Assembly (NCBI GenBank): GCA_964016885.1
Contig: OZ024753.1
Coordinates: 20,770,001 to 20,834,000, forward strand
Direction of reading: 5' to 3'
Length of the DNA: 64,000 nucleotides
Source: Eledone cirrhosa
Lineage: Eukaryota
The notes beneath the pieces were generated by a model. It searched no databases. It worked only from the letters and a program-made list of their open reading frames with translations, and was not told the origin of the DNA. This document shows positions 36,880-51,244 of the stretch, piece by piece; positions within the stretch are counted from its first letter, which is position 1, and every line of letters begins with the position of its first letter. Position numbers and translations under genes: made by a program.

Positions 36880-37647
36880 ATGGCGAAGCATAAACGAATT
36901 GAGAGAGAGACTAAGCATAAGAGATATCAAATGTGTTTTGGAGAGGAGATTGTATTGGTATGGTCATGTGATGTGTATGAAGGACGACAGCTGTATAAAA
37001 AGGTCCAAAGCAATGAGAATTAATGGAAGCTACGAAGTGGGTAGACCAAGAAAAACCTGGGACAAGGTGATAAAAACTGACTTTGCTCACCTACACCTCT
37101 CTAAGACAATGTCACTGGATCGAAGTCCTTGGCGCGATGCAATTGTACAGAAGACTCGCCTTCCTTTGCATACAAACCTACAGTCGGTAGGCACCTCTTA
37201 ACCCAATATATACCCCACCCCACACACCCTACCCCATCCTCCTATTTCCATTCATTGTGTCAGTGACACATCAAAAAGCACCTAGACTACACTGTAAAAG
37301 TGGCCATGTAGCAGCCACTTGTAAAAAGGTGGTTGGTGTTAGGAAGGGCATCAAGCCATAGAAAACCTGCCAGAGACACTTCTGTACGAGCGAGAAATGG
37401 TCTCCCAACCATTCCTGCATCAAATGGAACAAAACTGTCTAACCCATGGTAGCGTAGAAGATGGACGTTAAACGTTGATGATGATATAAATGTGGTTGGC
37501 ATTAGGAAGGGCATCTAGCTGTAGAAAACCAGCCAGAGACACTCCTATATGAGTGAGACACAGTCACCTGACTCAACTTGCCTCTAAATGGGACAAACCC
37601 ATCTAACCCATGCTAGCGTGGAAGATAGACGTTAAACAATGATGATG

Positions 37648-37650
<3 letters not shown>
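36880..37650 (+). mobile_element. RTE 3' fragment(s) with two successive tails
   Basis: RLYWYGHVM..GRPRKTW. The AGGAAGGGCATC module and (GAT)n tail each occur twice. Confidence 0.8.
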
Positions 37651-37689
<39 letters not shown>

Positions 37690-39371
37690 TGAAAGCTGTA
37701 AAGCAATATCACAAAATTCTTGAACCTTGGGTTATTGATATAGCATTTGAAGTCTAAAATAAAATGTAAATCCCTCTACACTTCTATAGAGATTTGCTTC
37801 ACCCTTTTGTACTACCAAAACTATATATATACATGCATGTGTGTGTGTCAGCCTGTCTGTGTGTCAGTGTAACTCTGTGTCAGTGTAACTGTGTGTGTGT
37901 GTGTGTGATTAAAAATTAACATATCCAGACAGAATTACTATAGATATCTCTAAAGCTCTGAGAGTTCAAACAATAAATTATTCTAAGTCATTAATAATAT
38001 TCTCCACAACTGAATTTTGATGAAATATTTCTGATAAAATATTCCAATATCACTCATGAAAACTTATCAGGCATTATTAATACTGTAGAGAGGAAAAATA
38101 TCATTATTATTATTATTATTATTATTATGTTTCTACTTTTTGCACAAGCCCAGCAATTCAAAGGGAAGTGGAAAGTTGAATAAATCAACCCCAGTACATT
38201 ACTGATGCTTATTTTAACTTAAGGATGAAAGACAAAGCTAACCTCAGCATACAACTTTTCTCGGGCATATTTTAAGCCCATCTACTCTCCAGGTTTGAAC
38301 ACAGCAGATTTCTTCCAGAGAAGTATTGAAAATAAGAGAAAGAAAGTGAGAAAAGTAAAGGAAGAATTAACTCCAGTACTAGACTGGTACCTATTTTTTT
38401 ATCAACCTTGAACGAAAGGCAAAGTTGACCTCAGTGGGGTATGAACTGAGAAAGCAGAGAGCCGAAACGAACACCACAAAACATTCTATCCAACGTGCTA
38501 ACAAATTTGCCAATCTTTTACCTTAATACTACAAGGCATTATATCTCTTTCTCATTTCCTTTCTCTCATTCTCTGAAGTGTTATGACCACAAACCAGACT
38601 GTGTCCTTGAAAACAACCATGTTAAAGTATTATGAGTCATGAAAATTCAAACAGATAATCAAATGGAGTATTTACATCCAGATATTACAAAATATCTGGA
38701 TGTAATATCATCATCCAGATATTATCATCTGGATGATAATATGACATCAAGATATCATATTATGGCTCAAGTCGGGGTCATCCATGGGTTAACCCTTTAC
38801 CATTTAAACCAGCTGTATCCAGCTAGAATTCTCTCACCTATTTCTGTTCTAACTGGCTATAACTGGCTGCCCATACTGATGTTAAAATACTGTTCTCAAA
38901 ATAAATAATATCAAAATCTTGTAGATTTGATATTATGCAAGATAAAGCCTTTACCACAAAAGTACAATAGTATATATAGAGTAATGAGTTAAATATCCTC
39001 ACCAACCTGCAATTGAACAAATGATTCCCATTAAGAAAATATATATCTGTTCTTACTCATTTATGTTGGTCAATTTTACTTGGTTTTGAATGGTGGCTTG
39101 GGGAAAAAATTGTATGAGGATGTGGGGTAGAGGAGGGAAAGAAGTAGAAGGAAGAAAGGGATGAAGAAGATTAAAGAAGGATAGTGGGGTACATTAATTG
39201 GTAGAGGTGGGGATGGAGTAATGCTTTGACATTTTAATTGTGGTTAGGTTGCTGTTTATGTGGTGGTGTGAGGGTGTTGGGGTAAGATTGAAGAGATGAA
39301 TTGAGGGTGGGGGAGTGTGACTGTAGTCAGATGGGTAGTACAAAGAAAAAGAAAATCCAATGTCCCTTTCG

Positions 39372-40190
39372 CATTCACATTACTCTATATTTATTATTAT
39401 ATTTTCATAGTAAAGGCTTTACCTCACATAATATCTCACATAACATTTACATTACTCTATATTTACTATTGTATTTTCATAGTAAAGGCTTTACCTCACA
39501 TAATATGTCACATAACATTTACATTACTCTATATATACTATTGTATTTTCATAGTAAAGGCTTTACCTCACATAATATCTCACATAACATTCACATTACT
39601 CTATATTTACTATTGTATTTTCATAGTAAAGGCTTTACCTCACATAATATCTCTCATAACATTTACATTACTCTATATTTACTATTGTATTTTCATAGTA
39701 AAGGCTTTACCTCACATAATATCTCACATAACATTCACATTACTCTATATTTACTATTGTATTTTCATAGTAAAGGCTTTACCTCACATAATATCTCACA
39801 TAACATTCACATTACTCTATATTTACTATTGTATTTTCATAGTAAAGGCTTTACCTCACATAATATCTCACATAACATTTACATTACTCTATATTTACTA
39901 TTGTATTTTCATAGTAAAGGCTTTACCTCACATAATATGTCACATAACATTTACATTACTCTATATATACTATTGTATTTTCATAGTAAAGGCTTTACCT
40001 CACATAATATCTCACATAACATTCACATTACTCTATATTTACTATTGTATTTTCATAGTAAAGGCTTTACCTCACATAATATCTCACATAATATCTCACA
40101 TAACATTTACATTACTCTATATTTACTATTGTATTTTCATAGTAAAGGCTTTACCTCACATAATATCTCACATAACATTTACATTACTCT
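39372..40190 (+). repeat. 60-bp tandem array, left part (about 13 units)
   Basis: Unit CATTTACATTACTCTATATTTACTATTGTATTTTCATAGTAAAGGCTTTACCTCACATAATATCTCACATAA-like; the line register indicates a unit nearer 72 bp than 60 bp (the ORF peptides repeat every 24 aa). It gives the repetitive ORFs at 39301 and 39317. Confidence 0.9.
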
Positions 40191-43100
40191 CATCATCATC
40201 ATCATCATCATCATCGTTTAACATCCATCTTCCACACTTGCATGGGTTTCGACGGGAATTTTCCCACTTGAGGCAAGATTGGTTGACTTGCTCGTATAGG
40301 ACTGTCTGGCGGGTTTTCTACGGCTGGATGCCCTTCCTAACACCAACCACGTTTGCAGTGTGGACTGAGAGGTTTTTACCGTGTTACCTACATGGCCACA
40401 TTACAGCGTGGACTGTGTGTTTTTTTTGTTGTGACACCTACACGACCTAATTTGTTTTGGACTGGATGTTGTGGTACCAACATAACTTTACATTGAAAGG
40501 GGTGGTGTGGATGGGGTGGGGGTAGTGGGACGGGGGTGTATTTTTGTTAGAGGTGCCTACTGACTGTAGGTTTTGCTTTGTACTTAGGCAAGGCGGGTCT
40601 TCTGTATTACTGTGTAGTGCCAAAGATCTCGGTCCAGTGACATTGTCTTGGAGAGGTGTCAGTGTGTGAGGTCGGAATTTATCAAGTCGTCCCAGGTTTT
40701 TTCTGGGTCTGCCTACTCCGTGGCTACCGTCTATTTTTATTGCCCTACACTTTTTTATACAGCTGTCATCTTTCATGCGCATCACGTGACCGTACCAACG
40801 TAGTCTTCTCTCAAGTAAACAACATCTGATCCCTCTTATTCCTAATTTGTCCCTTAGTTCGTTTATGCTTTGCCGTTCACGTATATTACTATTACACATC
40901 CAGCGGAGCATGCAAGCTTCATTCCTCTCCAGTCTGCGTATATCCTCTGCACACAATGCCCAAGTCTCACTGCCATGTAACATTGCTGTTCGTATGCAGG
41001 CATCATATAGTCTGCCTTTCATTTTTAGAGAGAACACTTTAGCGACCAATAGTGGTATAAGCTCTCTGAACTTTTTCCATCCCATTCTGACTCTAGCTAC
41101 TGTACTTTCAGAGCACCCTCCACCACTTTTGATATTGCCACCCAGGTAACGGAAGGTGTCCACTATTTCTATAGAACAATCTGTGTAATGGAATGAGCTA
41201 GTATTCTGTGGGCACTTGCTGCTACTTATTGCACCTGAGCACCGGCCACATATAAAATCTATATTCTTAGTTAGCTTACCTGTGATCCCACTACATCTTT
41301 TATGCACCCATACTTTGCATTTTGGACATAAAATGGAGATTCTGCCTACTCCTTTCCTACACACTGAGCATGGCCATTTCCCAGATGGGACCGGTGCCCT
41401 ATTTTCCTTCCTACAAACTAGAACTTTAGTCTTAGACAGGTTAATTTTAAGGCCTTTTGATTCTAGGCCATGCTTCCATGTTTGGAATTTCTTCTCTAGT
41501 TCAGCCATTGATTCAGCTATGAGCGTTAGATCATCTGCGTATAGGAGTTCCCATGGGCAGCCGGTCTTGAAATCCTCTGTTATAGCCTGAAGGGCAATAA
41601 TAAATAGTAGGGGCTCAGAACGGAGCCCTGATGAACACCAACTTTTACGCTAAACTCTTCACTATATTCGTTGTTAATTCTAACCTTGCTGACTGTTTCT
41701 TTATACATGGCTTGTATAGCTCTCACAAGCCATTCCTCAACACCTAGTTTTCTAAGAGCCCACCAGATAATGGAGCGGGGGACTCTGTCAAAGGCTTTCT
41801 CCAAGTCAACAAAAGCTAAGTATAGCGGTTTACTTTTAGCTAGGTACTTCTCCTGTAGTTGTCGTACAATGAAAAGAGCGTCTGTGGTACTTTTACCTGA
41901 CACAAACCCGAACTGCATTTCATCTAGATCAATTCGCTCTCTGATTAGTTGCGCTATTACTTTTTCTGTGACCTTTATGACCTGGTCGATTAATTTAATG
42001 CCTCTATAGTTACCCCTATCTAGGGCATCTCCTTTACCCTTTGTAGCAGTTAATGATGATGCTGCTATGCCAGTCCTTCGGAATGACCCCATTCTGTACG
42101 ACTTGGTTTACTATCTGGGTGACCATAGTGTGTCCCACCGTTGCAGATGCTTTCAGCATTTCAGCAACTATTTCCGAAGGCCCAGCCGCCTTACCTGTCT
42201 TCATATCTTTGATTGCCTTACTTATTATACTACCTTCAACTTGCACTGCTGGTCCCTCTATTGGATCGATGTGGGGGAGACTGTCTTTCTCCCATTTATT
42301 CTCCTCATTTAGTAGCCTTTCGTAATGACACTTCCAAGCTACCTTCTTATCAGCGTCAGTGATGGCAAGTACACCATCATCATTAAGGACACACTTATCA
42401 CAGTTTTCCTTGACACACTGCCTAGCAATCCCGAACACCTCACGTTTTTGGTCCTCGCGTTGTAGAACATGCTTGAACTTTCTTTCCTCTGCTTCCCTTC
42501 TTGCGAAGTACACTTGTCTCCTAGCTTCCCTCCTGGCCACTTGATAGTCTTCTCTACTTCCCCTCTCCCGCCATACTTTCCAAGCCTGTTTTTTGGCCTT
42601 ACTTGACTCCTCCACCTTACTGTTCCACCACCACGTTACTCTCCTCGTGCCTATAGGCCTGCTTCAGCCACAGACTTCATCTGCCGCCTTCAGCAGGTTA
42701 GCTTTCAGGAATTCCCACTGTTCCTCTATATTGTACGACTCTAATTGCTCTTCCTTACTGTCGAAAGCATCAAGTAATATGCTTTTAAATTTATTACTGG
42801 CTGTGGGGTCCTTTAGCTTCCATATTTTTCTCCTGAGGATAGTCCTCCTTTGTTGTCAAGTCCGTCTTGTCCTGACTATGAGTCTATGTTGGGAGGTGCA
42901 TTCTTCATGGGGGAGGGGTTTAGTGTTTACAACAGACACTCTATCACGTCTTCTGGTAAGGATATAATCTATCTGATTGGCATGTCCCCTGATCTATAGG
43001 TGATTAAGTGATTGTCTCGTTTTTTGAAGTTCGTGTTACAGATAGTTAGGTTATTTGCGTCACAGAATTCCAGGATTCTGGAGCCTTCCTCATTTCTAGT

Positions 43101-43329
43101 ACCAAACCCATAGCCCCCATGGATTCCGTCATAGCCGTCACAATGTTGTCCAACGTGACCATTTAGGTCGTCAGCAATAATTAGGTAGTCACTGTCGGTT
43201 ATTTGGGAGGTAGTGAGCATCAATGTCTCATAGAATCTGTCTTTTATAGCGCCAGGCAGTCCGGATTGGGGTGCGTACACAGATATTACTGTCACAGTAG
43301 TTCTATTTAGGACAAGTCTTATTTTAATT
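40191..43329 (-). mobile_element. RTE-clade LINE, 5'-truncated within APE, inserted in the tandem array
   Basis: VISVYAPQ, ADDLNGHVG, QFGF, FVDLEKAFDRV, GVHQGSVLSP, YADD, PHD finger, frameshifts, (GAT)n tail. Confidence 0.95.
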
Positions 43330-43889
43330 ATATATACTATTGTATTTTCATAGTAAAGGCTTTACCTCACATAATATCTCATAACATTTACATTACTCTA
43401 TATTTACTATTGTATTTTCATAGTAAAGGCTTTACCTCACATAATATCTCACATAACATTTACTTTACTGTATATTTACTATTGTATTTTCATAGTAAAG
43501 GCTTTACCTCACATAATATCTCACATAATATTTACATTACTCTATATTTGCTATTGTATTTTCATAGTAAAGGCTTTACCTCACATAATATCTCACATAA
43601 CATTTACATTACTCTATATTTACTATTGTATTTTCATAGTAAAGGCTTTACCTCACAATATATCTCACATAACATTTACATTACTCTATATATACTATTG
43701 CACTTTCATAGTAAAGGCTTTACCTCACATATTTATCTCACATAATATTGAATCTATGAGATTTTGATATTATTTATTTGGGGAACAATACCTTAATGTC
43801 AATATGAGTGGCCATTTACAGCCGATTTGAACAGAAAGATCTAAGAGAATTCTGGCCGGATATGGTCGGTTTAAATGCTAAAGGGTTAA
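43330..43889 (+). repeat. Continuation of the tandem array, running into the MITE-like end (..AAATGCTAAAGGGTTAA)
   Basis: The unit resumes in register after the RTE. 43745-43889 is homologous to 18410-18557. Confidence 0.85.
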
Positions 43890-44039
43890 GGTGGTAGGGA
43901 ATGAGGATAAGAATATGTGGGGCTTAATAAGATGAGATGGAGGTTAAATGTTGGCAAGTAAATAAGTAAACAAATAAATAGATATTGTACTATAATGGGG
44001 TAGGATAAGTGAGATGTATATAATATAACATGGTAACAA

Positions 44040-44695
44040 GAATAAGGCCAACAATTTGGGGAAAAGTCAATTAAATCTACCCCATTGTGTTACTGGTACT
44101 TTATTTATCGACCCCATAAGTTTGAAAGTTAAAGCAGACCTCGGCGGGATTTGTACTAAGAACATAAAAGGCCATAACTCTATGCTGCCAAGCATGTGGT
44201 CTGACGCTCAACTGATACTGCAATCTACTACCCTAATAATAATAATATGGCACAAGGCCAGCAATTACCCATTGTATTACTGGTACTTTATTTTATCGAC
44301 CCCGTAAGGATGAAAGGCAAAGTTAACCTCAGCAGGATTTGAACTCAGAATGACAAGGGACGTAACTCTATGCTTCAAAGCATGGTGTCCGACTCTCTAC
44401 CGATACTGCCAATCCACCGCCTTATAATAATAATAATTGTTTCTACTTTAGGCACAAGGCCAGCAATTACCCAGTGCATTACTGGTACTTTATTTTATCG
44501 ACCCCGTAAGGATGAAAGGCAAAGTCAACCTCGGCGGGATTTGAACTCAGATCGTAAAGGGACGTAACTATGCTAGAAAGCATGGCGTCCGACACTCTAC
44601 CGATACTGCCAATCCACCGCCTTATAATATTAATAATAATAATAATTGTTTCTACTTTTGGCACAAGGCCAGCAATTACCCAGTTCATTACTGTT
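44040..44695 (-). mobile_element. Head-to-tail cluster of three and a half family-2 SINEs
   Basis: Copies at about 44045-44235, 44248-44422, 44437-44622 and a partial at 44645-44695, separated by (ATA)n. Confidence 0.85.
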
Positions 44696-44696
44696 A

Positions 44697-47600
44697 CTTT
44701 TGGCCACAAGGGCCGACATATAGGGGACAATACAAAGACAGGGACAGTGGGGGTTTACAATAAGGTCGAGTAAGAGAGCACAATGGCAAGACCAATTCAA
44801 CAATGAAGATATAAAAAATATAAAATAACCTATGCATAAATATAACAAAATAAATTCCCCTATAGGGAGTGGACGAACCAAGGGTGACTCAGGTACCCCA
44901 CCAATCCTGAACCACCCTGCGCTCCTAGGGCACGCAGGGAGAGCACCCCTCTCCTCAAGTTAGCTAGCCTATAGCCACATGGTCAGAGTAGGCCCTTTCA
45001 CACGGGCCATTCTCGCCACATTCATCCACCTTTTAGCAAATTTACTGGGAGGTAGCACTTCTCTCTCCACCTTCACCTTCCTTTCCAGGTGAAACTTGAA
45101 GAAGTTGATGAGGGATTGGCCGAAGAGAAAAGTGTCTGTCTTCAGTCCTTTCAACCTGGTCCACCATATAACCTCTTTCGTAACTGCCACCATTTCCTGC
45201 TCTTCCTGACAGCACTTCCGTGCCTGTAGAGTTTATCCTGAACTGGCAGTGCCTCCCGGTAGCACTGCCAAGCGAGGGATTACTGGAAATTGTCCACCGT
45301 CCCCGGCTTGAGAGTCCTACGGTACAGACTGGTCAGTTCGACTTCGTCAAGGCCCAAAGCTTCTCCAAGTGCGTCATCACACTTACCCACCACTAATCCT
45401 CTATAGAACTCGAGAGTGGAAGTCCCACTGATCGCATTGCCCACTTGGTAGAGGGCAGTGAGTGCCTGGCAACATTCCAGGTGCCAGTCACCCACTCTTC
45501 TTGACTCACGACTGCAGCTCAGTCAAAGAAACGAGCTGCGGAAAGGCCCGTCTGATAAACGTTGACCACACCTGTTCACCGTTGAGGCAGAATATCTGGA
45601 GATGTCGCAGCCTCAACGCATGTCTGCACATCATTAGCCACGGCATGCCCAGCCCTCTGCATAGAGGGTGCTGGCAGCAGATGGACCGCCTCACCAACGG
45701 AACTTGTCCCTTCCACAAGAATTTGAAGAGGAACCGTTCCAACTTGACGAGGCATGGACGATGGCAAGGCACGACGGTCAGGCGATAGTAGATGACAGAC
45801 ACAATGTACGCATTCGCCACCTCCGCGTGACCTTTCAGCGATAGCTTCTTCGCAGCTCATTTAAGGATGAGTCTGGCTACCCTGCTCGTTACGTCGTCCC
45901 AATTCTTATCCACCTGGAGGTCTGGCCCGAACCAAACCTCGAGCAACTTTGCTGGTCCATCCGTCCAGCGCCCAACGATGCTGTTGAACGGCATGGACTT
46001 GCCTCTCCAGGTGCCGAGTTGCAAGCCCACCGACTTTTCCGGGTTAAGTTTTGCTCCCGTCAACCTTTCATATTCCTTCAATAAGGTGCTGACCACCTCA
46101 ATTTATGAGGTGTTCAACACCATCACAGTGATGTCGTCCGCATAAGCCGACACCGCCTTTCCACGTCCCGGTTCAAGTGATATTGGCTCGAGAGTCAATA
46201 CGTACAGAAGGGATGAGAGAGGGCACCCTTGACGGACCGATCGGGAGAGCCGAAATGGTTCCGAGAGGTGGCCATTAACCTTGACCACCGAGTGTGTGCC
46301 ACTGTGCATTGCAGCGATCCAACTTCTGAAGACAGCCGCTTTGAGGACAGCCTCCAGATACCGATGGTCGACCCTATCAAATGCTTTTGATTGATCTAAA
46401 TTGATCAGTGCCCCACCGAAGCCAGGTTTACACTCTACCCTCTCTATGATGTATCGCATGAGGTGGAGATTGTTGTGTATCGATCTGGCTGGGATTTCGC
46501 AAGTTTGCGTCTCCCCAACCAAATCCTTGACGACAAGGGCCAATCTCTTTGACAAAATCTTAAACTCTGTGTTGAGCAGAGTTATGGACCTGAAGTTGTC
46601 TAATGTATCCCTCTTGTTCTCGTCTTTCCTTATCAGCGTCACCACTCCTCTGCTCACAGAACTGGGAATACTCCCATTCTGCTGCCAGTTGCAGTAGAGC
46701 GCTTCGAGGAGATCGGAGAACAGGTCTGGCATATTTACGTAAACCTCGTAGGGCAGGCCATCCAAACTGGGTGACTTGCGCCTCATGCAGCTGACAAGGG
46801 CGTCCTGAATTTCAGCTGAAGTAATTGGCTTTTCACAGCGCTCAGCGTCGACCGTCGAGATGCGCGGCAAGCCGTCAAGGTAGGGACTGAAATCCGCTAC
46901 TCTCTCTGACTCGCCACTCTCCCCGAACAACCAATCAAAGTGCTGGCGAAAGGCCTCACACATCCGCTTGGAATCGCTTATCTCGTGTCCGTCTCGGTCT
47001 ACCAAAGACCGAATTGTGGTTTTATTACCATGGTGCGCCTCCGCCACGCGGGCCCATCGAACAGCTTTGGTTCCCTCGTTTCTCAGCGCATGCACCTTAG
47101 CTCTGACAATGCAACCTTCGTGTTTCACATTGAAGAAATGGTCTAATGCCATTCTCGCCGCTAGCACGTCAGTTGCAATGCCACTACAAATAGCCTCGTC
47201 TAACTTATCTACCAGTTCCCCCTCCTTTCTATTTTTCTCTAACGCTAGTTCTTTGCTGAACTCTATCAAAGTTACTCTAATCTCTCTTTTGAGAGCCCCC
47301 CCCCCCACCATATGTTGTTGATGATCGCTCCTGTCAACTTTTGCTTAACTAAATTGTTGACTCGGTCCCTGTAAGCCTTACGTGCCGGAAATGACATGTT
47401 CAGCTTCCTGTAACCCATTCCCAACCTACGTGTTTTATCTAGGTCGACTATAAAGATCACAAATTTGTGATCTGAATAGGCGACCGTTTTAAAAAATGGG
47501 CAGCCTACACTATTTCTATCTATTTTCCTAATGAAGATCATGTCTATATATGATCTAGATGACCCGATGCGGTTGGTCCATGCCCACACTGGCACATTGG

Positions 47601-48050
47601 GGAAATCTAGTCGATACCTGTCAGACAGTTGGAACTGGCTGATTAGGTGCTTGAGGCTTTTGCACCCCCAGCTCCTATCAGCTACTCCCACACAATCCCA
47701 GCATACGTCTAAGATGCCGTTCCAGTCTCCTGCTAACAGTAAAGGGCAAGACGTACCCAAAAAAGCCAGCAGTCTAAAAGCACCACCTTCGCTACTGCTC
47801 ACATCCAGGACCACCAACTTACCGTCCGGGTCCCGGAAGATCGACCTTACCTCGAGATCCAGTCCTTTCCTAAATAGCACTGCCACCCCACCTCCCATTG
47901 CCGGCCTGCTAACAGATGCAAAGATCCGATAGTCGTCAAAAATGGGGGCTAGTGTGCGTGTGTCGGAAATTCTGGTCGCGCTGACGGCAATCACATCCAT
48001 TTCCAGAGACCTGAGGTCGTTGAGCAGGCGACCCTGCTTCCAGGGTGACC
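44697..48050 (-). mobile_element. Tx1/L1-clade LINE ORF2, decayed
   Basis: APE motifs (LLAGDWNG, SRSYIDMIF, YSDHK), RT motifs (SPSLDGLPYE, LDQSKAFDRVDH, SVRQGCPLS, YADD), FLWKG. GC-richer than the flanks, with frameshifts. Confidence 0.9.
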
Positions 48051-48059
48051 CAGTCTGCA

Positions 48060-49037
48060 AACATTTAAACTTCCTACTCTTAATATGGCCATGTTGGCAA
48101 GCTAAAAGAGAGATAATAATAACAATTGTGGTAATTGTGAAGATGTTGGTGGTGTAAGTTAATGGTTGTTGTAAAAATTATATGTTCAGGTGGCTAAATC
48201 AGGAGCAGTCTCATTAGGATTGGCGTTGGCTTGTTGGTGCTCATTGTTGCGTATGATCTGTGTGGTGTTATGTTGTGTTACTGCTTGGTTATTAGTGTAT
48301 GTTATGGTATCAAATCATACAGAATCATTGGTAGCAACATGTTTCAAATACGGGCATTGACTTCTAGTCCCCTGATGTTTAGTGTGGTTACAGTAACTTG
48401 GTGTGTTTGTGGCGGTGTTGTGATCAGGTGCAATTGTCTTTGATGTGGTTTGTATCTTTTAATTGTCGGTCTCTAGTTATTGTAATTGGTATCTTGTGTG
48501 TTTGCGTGCTAGGAGTCGTGCTAGGGTTGTTACATATAGATCTATTATTAGTGTTGGAGTAGGGTATCGCTTTCACTTCTTGCAGGTTGTATGTGCCTTT
48601 ATCTGTCCTGTCGGCTATGGCTAAGCTTTGGGAAGCAGTTACCCTGTGGGGCACGTTTTTATTATTATGTGCTGTTAAAGGCCTGTGGTGACTCTGCAAT
48701 TCTGCTTTGTCAGTTTGATCGTGATATGTGATCTTATCTTCATATCCTGCCCTCGCCTGTGCAGAGTTGTAATACTCGGCATACTGGTTGAAGATAGTCT
48801 TATTAGCCAACAGGGTAGACACTCTGTTAGATACACTCTTAATTATAGAGTTAATAATGGCCTTTGGGAGTTTGGAGTGTCTGTTTACATACTTCAGGTT
48901 CTCATTGGGTTTGTGGTATGGGCGGTACAAACCGGTGTCTTGTTCTAAGAAATTAACAGTCCCCATGTTAGGTTCTATTTCTACCATTAAGCCGTAATTC
49001 TTAAAGAAGTATCTACACCGATTGTGTGGTCTTTCTA
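48060..49037 (-). mobile_element. Penelope-like RT-thumb and linker fragment
   Basis: VNFL..DTGLYRPYHKPNENLKYVNRHSK..RVSTL..IFNQYAEYYNSA, homologous to 7350-7600. Confidence 0.8.
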
Positions 49038-49959
49038 ATATATATATATATATATATATAAATGAGGTCGTGTAGGTGTCACGAAAAAAAAACACACAGT
49101 CCATGCTGTAATGTGGCCATGTAGGTAACACGGTAAAAACCTCCCAGTCCACACTGTAAACGTGGTTGGTGTTAGGAAGAGCATCCTATACGAGCAAGAC
49201 AACCAATCTTGCCTCAAGTGGGAAAACTCCCGTCCAAACCCATGCAAGCGTAGAAGATGGACGTTAAACGATGATGATGATGATATATATATATATATAA
49301 TTAGTTACAACAGTGACAGGTACTTAAGTTTTGTTGGGTTTTTCACCCCAACTCATTCAGTCTGTTCTATAAAGAAAGATGGCCACTGATGGTTGAATGT
49401 GATTTCTTTTGGAAAGAATATATATATATATATAAAGTGGACAATGCAAAGTTGTTGTAGATGTAAGAGTCTTTTATTAATTGAGCCGTTATACATATTT
49501 CCCTGATGAGGTGGACACCCAAAACAAAAAACATACATTTTTTAGTCTGCTCCCTTCCACCCGAATTACCTCGAAAATGTGCAACTATGGGTTAAATAGC
49601 CTCACCAACCCACGATTGGCCAAGCATGGTGAGTACCACTTCACTCCTGAAGACATGACCAAAACAAAAAGAGTTCAAGTGAGAAGGCCTTGGATTGGTT
49701 TGGATTCCTCAATAAAGAGGAAAGAGTGTGTACTCAATGTTGCTTGACCATTTCATAGTAGAGTGGTAGATAAAAATCACAAGAAAATGGTAAAACACCA
49801 GGAACTAAAATATGAGATGCAGAGATTCTGGAATTTCTGTGTAGTTGTTGTCATTCTAATTGTAATGGGAGCCATAGTGACAGTGGCTCTAAGTTTAAAT
49901 GGTTTATGTTGGCTATAGAATTGTGACAGTAACAAGTGCTATAAAAACTGAGACACTCA

Positions 49960-50615
49960 TCCTCTCAAGGAAGCCTGTGCAGTGCACTCTACATGTGACT
50001 GGAGTTCAGCTGAAGCAGGTAGAGAAGTTCAAGTATCTCAGGTCTGTGTTCATGAGTGATTGAAGGCAGGAGACTGAATTAAGTGCAAGAATTACAAAAG
50101 CTGGTGCAGTAATGTGCCAGCTTCAGCACTCAGTAATCAGAAGAAGGGGGTAGGCATGAAAGCCAAACTCTTCAATTCGGTTTTTGAGCCAACCCTTACC
50201 TATGGTCATGAATCTTGGGTAATGACCGAAAGAATATGATCACAAATACAAGCAGCCAAAATAGGATTCCTCCGAAGGGTCTTTGCAGTAACATTACTTG
50301 ATAAAGTGCATAGCTCGGTGAGTCATTCCAGGTAGAGCCGCTACTTCTCCGAATTGAGAGATCACAGCTCCAATACTATAAGCATGTAGTTAGAATGTCT
50401 CAGGAAAGAATTGCTGGACAGATTTTACAGGCAAAACTCACTGGCAAGAGACCCAGGGAAGATAGTTGGATCACATCCATGAGCTTGGTTGGTATCGCTG
50501 GGAGATCCAGCTAGAGCAGCTGGAGATGTTTGCTTCTGTCAGGACCAGCTGGAAGGAGTGTTTTAGGACCCTGTCCCCATGACCCTCCCAGGAATAAGTA
50601 TGTGAAAAAGAAGAA
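49960..50615 (+). mobile_element. RTE LINE 3' fragment (different family)
   Basis: QLKQVEKFKYL, PTLTYGHESWVMT, GKRPRE-like motifs, GAA tail. Confidence 0.7.
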
Positions 50616-51074
50616 GTCTATGTTTAAATGGTTTATGTTGGATATATAATTGTGACAGTGGCTAGAAGTTTAAAGGGTTGATGTTGGTTATAGAGGAGAA
50701 TTGTTTGCTTGGCACACCAAGATCAATATGATCGTGGGCAAATTAATAATGACAACAACAACAACACTAAATTCCTCAGTAGCACCAAAATATCATTTAT
50801 CATTGTCATCGTCAGTATTGCCAAAAATATTCTCTCCACTGAGAACATAACAACCTCGATCATCAGCCAGATCGTCATCATCATCATCACCATCATCCAC
50901 AAAATCATCATTATTGACTTCATTATCATCATCATGAATAGCATCATCAAAATCATCATCACAAATACTATCATGATCACCATTGTCATATACTTCAATA
51001 TTATCATTATTTCCTTTAGCATATGTAGAATGCATATAGATATGATACATAAATTGAAAAGTAACTGGTGATGC

Positions 51075-51165
51075 TCATGAGGGCGCTTGGCTGTTCCAGC
51101 ACATCAGCCTCGCCATCACCCCAGGTAATGCTGCAAGCATGCTAGCTTGCCTCAAAAATTATTAG
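51075..51165 (+). mobile_element. CRE-like LINE terminal fragment
   Basis: Translates as AWLFQHISLAITPGNAASMLA, resembling the CRE C-terminal motif. Confidence 0.5.
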
Positions 51166-51244
51166 AGAGGTTTTCCAGTGCTCCTCACGATATTGTTATC
51201 TTTTGTTCTAGCAGCGGCTCGTTTGTCTACCTCTTTTGCCTGCC

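Noticed and set aside
39301-40450. 306-aa and 377-aa repetitive ORFs, and a possible CRISPR-like array
   Set aside because: Stop-free tandem repeat with no unique spacers and no cas genes, in eukaryotic context.
50709-51071. Asp-, Ile- or Met-rich ORFs
   Set aside because: Degenerate (CAT)n low-complexity tract.
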